A stretch of 25,235 nucleotides of DNA from a virus (Duplodnaviria; Caudoviricetes): positions 1-25,235 of the IMG/VR virus record IMGVR_UViG_3300031773_000035. One strand, 5' to 3'. Positions 1 to 5,644 of this stretch are shown here, in pieces (position 1 is the stretch's first letter; every line of letters begins with the position of its first letter). The notes beneath the pieces were generated by a model, which had not been told where the DNA came from, ran no database searches, and saw only the letters and a list, made by a program, of their open reading frames with translations. The position numbers were made by a program, and so were the translations under genes.

Positions 1-26
1 CCAGAATCGAACTGGGAAAGAACCAT

Positions 27-134
27 TTAGCCGAGCTTATGTGCCAACCAAGCAGGTACCAAAGTACATGCAATGATTACCAAGCTGTAAAAGATAAAAG
101 CCACGATTTCGTGGCAGTGAATTAGATCTATCAT
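27..134 (-). CDS. Small hydrophobic (single TM-like) peptide, 35 aa: MIDLIHCHEIVAFIFYSLVIIACTLVPAWLAHKLG
   Basis: Not in the ORF track. Minus-strand ATG at 134-132 and TAA at 29-27. Strong SD GAGGAGG (147-141) lies 6 nt upstream of the ATG. An uninterrupted hydrophobic stretch of about 21 aa is followed by HK. Confidence 0.7.
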   Translation of the reverse strand: MIDLIHCHEIVAFIFYSLVIIACTLVPAWLAHKLG

Positions 135-140
135 TTGAAA

Positions 141-147
141 CCTCCTC
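141..147 (-). promoter_or_regulatory. Shine-Dalgarno GAGGAGG of the 35-aa ORF, base-paired within hammerhead stem III
   Basis: Plus-strand cctcctc (141-147) is complementary to gaggagg (200-206). The SD is 6 nt from the ATG at 134. Confidence 0.75.
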
Positions 148-206
148 GAGTTTCGACCTGTCATGGTCATCTTCAGAGTGCCGACATCAGGCACTGACTG
201 AGGAGG
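141..206 (-). ncRNA. Type III hammerhead ribozyme (self-cleaving), predicted cleavage after GUC between positions 196 and 195
   Basis: Minus strand reads CCUCCUCAG-UC / AGUGCC-ugauguc-GGCACU (stem I) / CUGAAGA / U / GACC-augaca-GGUC (stem II) / GAAA / CUCGAGGAGG (stem III, one bulged C). The conserved core CUGANGA, GAAA and UH is all present. There is one extra U between A9 and G10.1, an insertion position known to be tolerated in natural hammerheads. Loop I UGUC is complementary to loop II GACA. Confidence 0.88.
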
Positions 207-220
207 AGGAATTTAATCAC

Positions 221-373
221 AACAGGGCAAAATCACTGCTGTTCAAATTAGCCAGAAAAACCGAGCAAGAATGGCTCTAAGGTTTTTCCTAGTCTCACCA
301 TTTCCTCTGGTGCGGATCGGTTGCCCCAACCTAAGCCTTAGCTTCGTCTAAGAGTGTCCATCTCTGCCGATGG
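221..373 (-). ncRNA. Putative structured leader or ncRNA upstream of the hammerhead (chain of hairpins)
   Basis: Inverted repeats at 358-373 (CCATC/GATGG), 319-331 (GGTTG/CAACC), 296-312 (CACCA/TGGTG), 255-288 (GAAAAACC-GAGC/GCTC-GGTTTTTC) and 221-243 (AACAG/CTGTT). No convincing ORF. Strand is inferred from the adjacent ribozyme. Confidence 0.4.
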
Positions 374-518
374 GATCTCTGCAACAAATACAAAGCTAGT
401 GCCTCTAAGTAGACATCGCAAGTCATTCGTCAACATTTGTCGACAAGAGAGAGCAGAAACACCCTCTGACCTGCGGTTATACAACCAAAAAGAATTTTCA
501 AGAAATCCCCAAAAAGCA

Positions 519-772
519 TGACATAAACCAGTCAAAAAGGAAAAAGACCAAACCAAGACCAAGACCACACAGGGACAAAAACAGACAAATATCTTCTGGT
601 CGCTACATCCCATAAGAGACTCGTTGGCTTTATCTTTTTTTGACCAGATCCTGTCAAAATAATCCAGATCGGATGACTCTTAGTCACTGCTAGGAAGAAC
701 TCGGAGCTTGCAGAGTCAAAACACTTCAAATTACAAGCAAACACTGGGAAAAGTCTTGACCAAACGTGTCAA
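519..772. promoter_or_regulatory. Cluster of TGAC-N(5-8)-GTCA palindromes (operator- or packaging-site-like)
   Basis: TGAC-N8-GTCA at 519-534, TTTTGAC-N8-GTCAAAA at 638-659, TGAC-N5-GTCA at 674-686 and TTGAC-N7-GTCAA at 756-772, all within the non-coding region between divergent units. Confidence 0.4.
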
Positions 773-831
773 TCGAATGGGGGTGCATAAAATCCGACTA
801 CAAGGGGCAGGGGAAAGGCTTCCCAGATTGC

Positions 832-880
832 TAACGACAAAACGACTATAGATCCTGTCGTTAAGGTGCCAGTGGCACCT
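832..880. repeat. Two adjacent inverted repeats
   Basis: TAACGACA-N16-TGTCGTTA (832-863) is immediately followed by AGGTGCCA-G-TGGCACCT (864-880). Confidence 0.55.
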
Positions 881-1165
881 GTCTGATTCTTGTCTCTGTT
901 TCTCCCCTTAGACTAGGACTAGGACAATAGACTTATTCCCCCCTCCCGATACTTCCCCGACCTTTTCAAAGAGTTGTCGTCACTCACATTGCTAATAGTT
1001 TCTAATGACCAGTTTTGGTGAAGTTCTCCTCCCGATCAACCTGCCAGTGGTTCGGGGTTCGGAGTGCCGGTTCTGAACTTGTACTCGGTGTCTGGCATCA
1101 CTGTCGAAGCCGAGCATTCTCATACTATACCCAAACATAGTCTACTATGGTCGGGGAGTAAATAG

Positions 1166-3067
1166 ATGGCTAAACCGAGACTAAAGAAATACGAAACATG
1201 GTCTAAAGACAGACTGTATAAAGCGGCGATAGCCAAAGTCTTAAACGAAGGCTGGACACAATCCGATGCCGCAGTTGAGTTCGGCATCTCACGCCAGCAC
1301 CTCTCCAAGAGGCTCGGCATCGAGCGTGAAGCTCGTGCCGTGCGTGTAGAGGAAGCCAAAGAACAAGCCAAGGTTGGACCGCTGGGTCTGAACGAGAAAC
1401 GCCGTGTGGGGACTTTCGCTGAGTTCTGTGACCATTACCTGCAAAACTGGTCTTGTCCTGATTGCGGTGTTCACCATGAGACTCCACAGTTCCACCATGA
1501 TATAGCTGAGGCTGTTACTGGGGACTATCGGAGGGTTTTGATTAACATGCCTCCGTACCATTCTAAATCTACGTTGGTGACTGTTTGGCATACCGTGTAT
1601 GACATTTGCCGTGATCCTAATTTGCGTACTTTGCTTGTTTCCAAGTCTTTGCCTTTTGCTAGAACCTTTATGCACTCTATTCACGAGATGCTGTCTAATC
1701 CTGAATTATATGCAGACGGTCCTAATCTGATTGATGATTGGGGTCCATTCCGTCCTGATGGACAGTCTGTCTGGTCATCTGAGAACATTTATGTTGCTGG
1801 TAGGACTACTGCAGAGAAAGATCCAACTGTAGCTGTGTTGGGTGTCGGTCAGCAGATTTATGGTAGGCGAGCCGATGTAATTAAGTTTGATGACGTTGCT
1901 ACTTTGGACAACCAGCGCAACCCTGATCGGGTTGCTGGAATGATGGAGTGGTTCGATAAGGAGGCTTTGTCTCGTATCGGTAAGACTGGTCGTGCTATTT
2001 GGATTGGTACTCGTGTTACGGCTGGTGATGTTTACTCTCAGTTGGGTACTCGTCCGGGATATAAGGTTTTGAGGTATCCGTGTATTATGGATGATGAAAC
2101 GGAGACAACTCTGTGGGGTGAGCATTTCCCTTACTCACAGGCATTGATTCACCGTTCTGAAATGCGTCCTGCTGACTTCCAGTTGGTTTACCAGCAGGTT
2201 GACATTCCCGGTGCAGGAGCTTCTTTCACTCAAGACATGCTGGATATGTGTAAGGACACTTCTCGTGTGAGGGGTCATTATCAGGATGGCTGGAGACTTT
2301 TCGCTGGTTTGGACCCAGCAGGGGCTAATAAAGGTTCGGGTTTTACAGCTTTTAGTTTGGTCGGTTTAGACCCAGCTACAGGTAAACGCTATTTAGTGGA
2401 CTCTATTGCAGTTAAGTCCATGAAGGCTCCCCAGATGAAAGATCAGATTCTAGAATGGACAGACAGGTATCCACTGTATGAGTGGAGGGTGGAATCTAAT
2501 GGTGTTCAGTCTCAGATAGTGCAATATGACATGGAGCTAGTTCAACATTTAGCTAAACGTGGAGTGAGGGTAGTACCTCATCATACTCACGGTAATAAGT
2601 GGGACCCCCAGTTTGGTGTTGAGTCGTTAGCTCCAATAATGGAAACTGGTTTGTTTAGTATCCCTTGGGCTAATGCGCCTACCCAGCAACAGTTCCAACC
2701 TCTAATGGAGGAATTGATTGCTTTCCCGATGGGTGCTGTTTCTGACAGAGTTATGTCATTATGGTTTGCTGATCTTGGCGCACGTACTTTGATGAACAGG
2801 GCTCATTTACCAATGTTCCATGAACGAATGCACGTACCTAACCGTATTAAGAAGAATCGGAGAGTTATAGATTTCCAAGCTCAGGAGGTTCGGCGTATAG
2901 CCCCTCGTGACCAGAGACCCGGTCACATGACTCGTGGGCAGTGGGGTTACAGGCGACAAACTGTAGGTCAAGCTCAACCGCATGGTGAAGTAGAAGAGTA
3001 CGATGTTGAGGATGGACCTCAGCCATTTAACATAGACCCAAAAATATGGTCTCCTGAAGAGGAGTAA
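1166..3067 (+). CDS. terL: Terminase large subunit with N-terminal helix-turn-helix domain
   Basis: Walker A-like INMPPYHSKST, Walker B VIKFDDV, coupling motif IGTR, RNase H-like nuclease GLDPAG...VESNG...SDRVMSLWFA. N-terminal HTH WTQSDAAVEFGISRQHLSKRL. SD GGGGAG at 1153-1158. Lies upstream of the portal. Confidence 0.93.
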   Translation: MAKPRLKKYETWSKDRLYKAAIAKVLNEGWTQSDAAVEFGISRQHLSKRLGIEREARAVRVEEAKEQAKVGPLGLNEKRRVGTFAEFCDHYLQNWSCPDCGVHHETPQFHHDIAEAVTGDYRRVLINMPPYHSKSTLVTVWHTVYDICRDPNLRTLLVSKSLPFARTFMHSIHEMLSNPELYADGPNLIDDWGPFRPDGQSVWSSENIYVAGRTTAEKDPTVAVLGVGQQIYGRRADVIKFDDVATLDNQRNPDRVAGMMEWFDKEALSRIGKTGRAIWIGTRVTAGDVYSQLGTRPGYKVLRYPCIMDDETETTLWGEHFPYSQALIHRSEMRPADFQLVYQQVDIPGAGASFTQDMLDMCKDTSRVRGHYQDGWRLFAGLDPAGANKGSGFTAFSLVGLDPATGKRYLVDSIAVKSMKAPQMKDQILEWTDRYPLYEWRVESNGVQSQIVQYDMELVQHLAKRGVRVVPHHTHGNKWDPQFGVESLAPIMETGLFSIPWANAPTQQQFQPLMEELIAFPMGAVSDRVMSLWFADLGARTLMNRAHLPMFHERMHVPNRIKKNRRVIDFQAQEVRRIAPRDQRPGHMTRGQWGYRRQTVGQAQPHGEVEEYDVEDGPQPFNIDPKIWSPEEE

Positions 3068-3098
3068 GTGACACCCTTCGGGTAGGTGATCGAGACCT

Positions 3099-3329
3099 AT
3101 GTTGAAAACTTTCCGAAATAAAAAAGCATTTCAACGTGCGTCAGAAACCGCTGCAGACGATGAAATCGTGTGTGGCACTTTAATAGATGACAAGCCGGTG
3201 TACTTCACTATGCCTAAAGAAGCGACAGAGGATGAAGTGAGAGCTAAGGCTTTTGAGGTACGAACAGGCAGGAGTATGAGCAGAGTAGAAGAGACACTTT
3301 TGTCCATAGCAGAAACGACTTCTAGATAA
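3099..3329 (+). CDS. Hypothetical protein (76 aa) between terL and portal
   Basis: Co-directional ORF filling the gap. Its TAA overlaps the portal ATG (TAATG at 3327-3331). Confidence 0.7.
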   Translation: MLKTFRNKKAFQRASETAADDEIVCGTLIDDKPVYFTMPKEATEDEVRAKAFEVRTGRSMSRVEETLLSIAETTSR

Positions 3330-5119
3330 TGTTAGAGATAGATCGTCTATCAGCGATGTACGCCAGTTGGCGTAGTAGGCAATACGACAGAGATGTACGA
3401 ATGGAAACCATTGACCGTGTGGTTCGTGGAGATTTCGATGTTTTTGATCCTGATGAAGAAAGTGTTGACTCTAGGTCACCTAACCTTATTCAGGTTGCTT
3501 TAGAGGATACGGCAGAATCGGCTTCTCTTGTGCCGACAGTTCGAGTTCAACCAGAACGCCCTAATCAGCAATCCAAGAAAACGGCGAGAACAATGGAACA
3601 GGTAGCTGTTTCATACATGGATATAAACAAAATGGATTTACTTATCCCTCGCTCTGTGATGGACAAGGCAGCTTATGGTATGTCTGTTTGGACTATCAGT
3701 CCAGATTTCGACCAAGAAATACCACTTATTGAACGGCGTGACCCTAGACAGTGTTACCCAGAACCGGGTTTTAGACCCGGTGATGAAGTTCATAAGTGTA
3801 TGTTTACTCGTGAGGTGTTCTTTTCACAGTTACCTCCCGAATATCAAGATGTTTTACGTTCAGCAGTCGCTGACCACTCAGAAATAGACGATCCAGACGA
3901 AAATGCGAAGGTTGTCCTTGTTGAATACTACGATGAGGACGAATATGTGTTGGCAGGGCTTTATCAGGCTTCAACATCTGGACTTGTGCGCTATAAGTCG
4001 GGTTCTGATGTGCCATATCCTGTTTTATTGGAAAGAATCGAAAATAAGATAGGTATTTGCCCAGTTGTTATAGGTTCTCGTATTTCACTCGATGGTGAGA
4101 TTAGAGGACAATTCGATCAGGTAGTAGGACTTCTTGAAGCACATATTCGCTTAATGGGACTCATTCTTGATTATGCCGACCAAGCTGTTTACTCTGACAT
4201 CTTTGTTAAAGACCTTATTGGTGAAATGCCTTATGGTGGTGGTTCGTTTATAGAGTTAGGACCGCAGGGTGCTATTGGTCGTGTACCTCCTGCCGTTAGC
4301 TCACTCAATGTTCAACAAGACTTAATGCAACTGATTGATGGTATACATTTAGGTGGTAGATACCCTAAGTCACGACCCGGTGAAATTGACCAGTCGATAG
4401 CTTCAGCTAAATTCCTAGAAGCCTCTGCTGGAATGATGAATACAGCCATCAGAACATACCATCAGATTCTTCAAAGACAAATGGAACGTGCTTTACGTAT
4501 CGCTTTAGAAGTAGACAAAGCATATTTCCCTAGATCAAAGACCGCTTCTGGGATTCTGAGAAATCAAGAGTTCCTAACTGAATACAATCCAAAAACTGAT
4601 ATAGATACCAAAAATTTACTACGAGTAGAATATGGACTAGGTTTAGGTCGTGATCCTGCCCAGTCCGCTGTTCTACACATTCAGTATTCTCAAGCGGAAT
4701 TTGTATCTAAAGAATTTGTACAGGAGAACATTGATGGACTCACTGATGTTGGTCGTGAGCGTTCACGCTTGGATGTCGAAAAATTTCGAGGGATGGCGTT
4801 GGCTAAACTACTACAGGGGTTGGAAGCCGGAACCATTCCGAATGAAGCGTTAATAGAGATAGCTCGATCCAGAGAAAAAGGCGAAGATCTCTTTGACATA
4901 TTTGAAAAGTATGTCGTACTGCCAGAACAGGAAGCAGCAAACGCCCAACAACAGAACATGATAGAAACAGGTTTAGGTCCACCAACGGAAGTTGGCGCTG
5001 GACCACCTCCACCTGAAGGAATGCCTGCTCCACCACCTCCCGGTGGCGCTGAATTACTAGCACGTATAGGAATGCCTGCAGGTGAGGGTGGAATGTTAGG
5101 AACACAGGTGACTGGATGA
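3329..5119 (+). CDS. Portal (head-tail connector) protein with Pro/Gly-rich C-terminal tail
   Basis: 596 aa, directly downstream of terL. Portal-like segments IERRDPRQCYP, VLVEYYD and CPVVIGSRISLDGEIRGQFDQV. Low-complexity GPPPPEGMPAPPPPGG tail of the kind common in podovirus-type portals. Confidence 0.85.
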   Translation: MLEIDRLSAMYASWRSRQYDRDVRMETIDRVVRGDFDVFDPDEESVDSRSPNLIQVALEDTAESASLVPTVRVQPERPNQQSKKTARTMEQVAVSYMDINKMDLLIPRSVMDKAAYGMSVWTISPDFDQEIPLIERRDPRQCYPEPGFRPGDEVHKCMFTREVFFSQLPPEYQDVLRSAVADHSEIDDPDENAKVVLVEYYDEDEYVLAGLYQASTSGLVRYKSGSDVPYPVLLERIENKIGICPVVIGSRISLDGEIRGQFDQVVGLLEAHIRLMGLILDYADQAVYSDIFVKDLIGEMPYGGGSFIELGPQGAIGRVPPAVSSLNVQQDLMQLIDGIHLGGRYPKSRPGEIDQSIASAKFLEASAGMMNTAIRTYHQILQRQMERALRIALEVDKAYFPRSKTASGILRNQEFLTEYNPKTDIDTKNLLRVEYGLGLGRDPAQSAVLHIQYSQAEFVSKEFVQENIDGLTDVGRERSRLDVEKFRGMALAKLLQGLEAGTIPNEALIEIARSREKGEDLFDIFEKYVVLPEQEAANAQQQNMIETGLGPPTEVGAGPPPPEGMPAPPPPGGAELLARIGMPAGEGGMLGTQVTG

Positions 5120-5205
5120 CGTTTCAAGATCCTTTTCAAGATGAAGAAACGATTGAAGCCTCCTGTGATTTAGAAAATCCTGAGTCTTGTGAAAGTTGTC
5201 AATAA
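5116..5205 (+). CDS. 29-aa acidic Cys-rich peptide MTFQDPFQDEETIEASCDLENPESCESCQ, resembling the C-terminal redox tail of class I ribonucleotide reductase alpha subunit
   Basis: Not in the ORF track. It fills the portal-to-next-gene gap exactly, with an ATGA overlap with the portal stop (5116-5119) and a TAATG overlap with the next start (5203-5207). AGGTG lies upstream. The C-terminus is C-x7-C-x2-C-Q. Confidence 0.8.
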   Translation: MTFQDPFQDEETIEASCDLENPESCESCQ

Positions 5206-5642
5206 TGCCTACAGACGAAATAGAAAAAACTCCCACATCGGATGTCTCTGTAAATAAGCCTGAATCAGGTGCATACGGAGAGAAAGCGGATCTGGCTCGC
5301 TTGAAACAATCTTTACCTCCGATGGGCATACCGGGAGTTGAGGGGACTGGAGCGGTAGCTCCAGCCCCTACTTCCGGCATGAGACCGCCACAAACTATGG
5401 GCAGACCCACAGGTGGACCTTCGGAAGTTCCTAATGTGCTTATGGCACCGACACAAAGACCAGATGTTCCCCTTAATCAAGCACCAGCACCGGCTCCAGC
5501 ACCCCTACCTCCTAAAGCTGTCGCTGCTAATCAACAAAGGATGGCTGTACTGGAAGCTCTTTCGACCCATGATGAAATATCAGAAGAAACAAAAGAATGG
5601 GCTAAAGAGGTTTTAGAATTTCTCCGTGAAGCAGGTAGATAG
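5205..5642 (+). CDS. Pro-rich hypothetical protein (about 145 aa), probably virion-associated
   Basis: Start reassigned from TTG 5196 to ATG 5205 (TAATG coupling). GAYGEKADL motif, Pro/Ala-rich middle and helical C-terminus. Located in the head operon. Confidence 0.7.
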   Translation: MPTDEIEKTPTSDVSVNKPESGAYGEKADLARLKQSLPPMGIPGVEGTGAVAPAPTSGMRPPQTMGRPTGGPSEVPNVLMAPTQRPDVPLNQAPAPAPAPLPPKAVAANQQRMAVLEALSTHDEISEETKEWAKEVLEFLREAGR

Positions 5643-5644
5643 AT

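Noticed and set aside
1-75. Complete tRNA gene on the minus strand
   Set aside because: Only a T-arm-like hairpin is visible. No D arm or anticodon arm could be built, and the region overlaps the peptide ORF.
405-433. Sigma70-type leftward promoter starting with TTGACG
   Set aside because: No TAnnnT -10 at 16-18 nt spacing, so it is not supportable as a feature.
338-744. Minus-strand ORFs 338-613 and 532-744 from the ORF track
   Set aside because: Their hydrophobic composition simply mirrors the A-rich + strand tract. They overlap each other and the palindrome cluster, and I see no convincing SD. Probably spurious.
1545-1575. Deviant Walker A (PPYHSKST) suggesting an inactive terminase
   Set aside because: The Lys-Ser/Thr, Walker B, coupling and nuclease acidic residues are retained. 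PPxHxKS variants occur in functional terminases.
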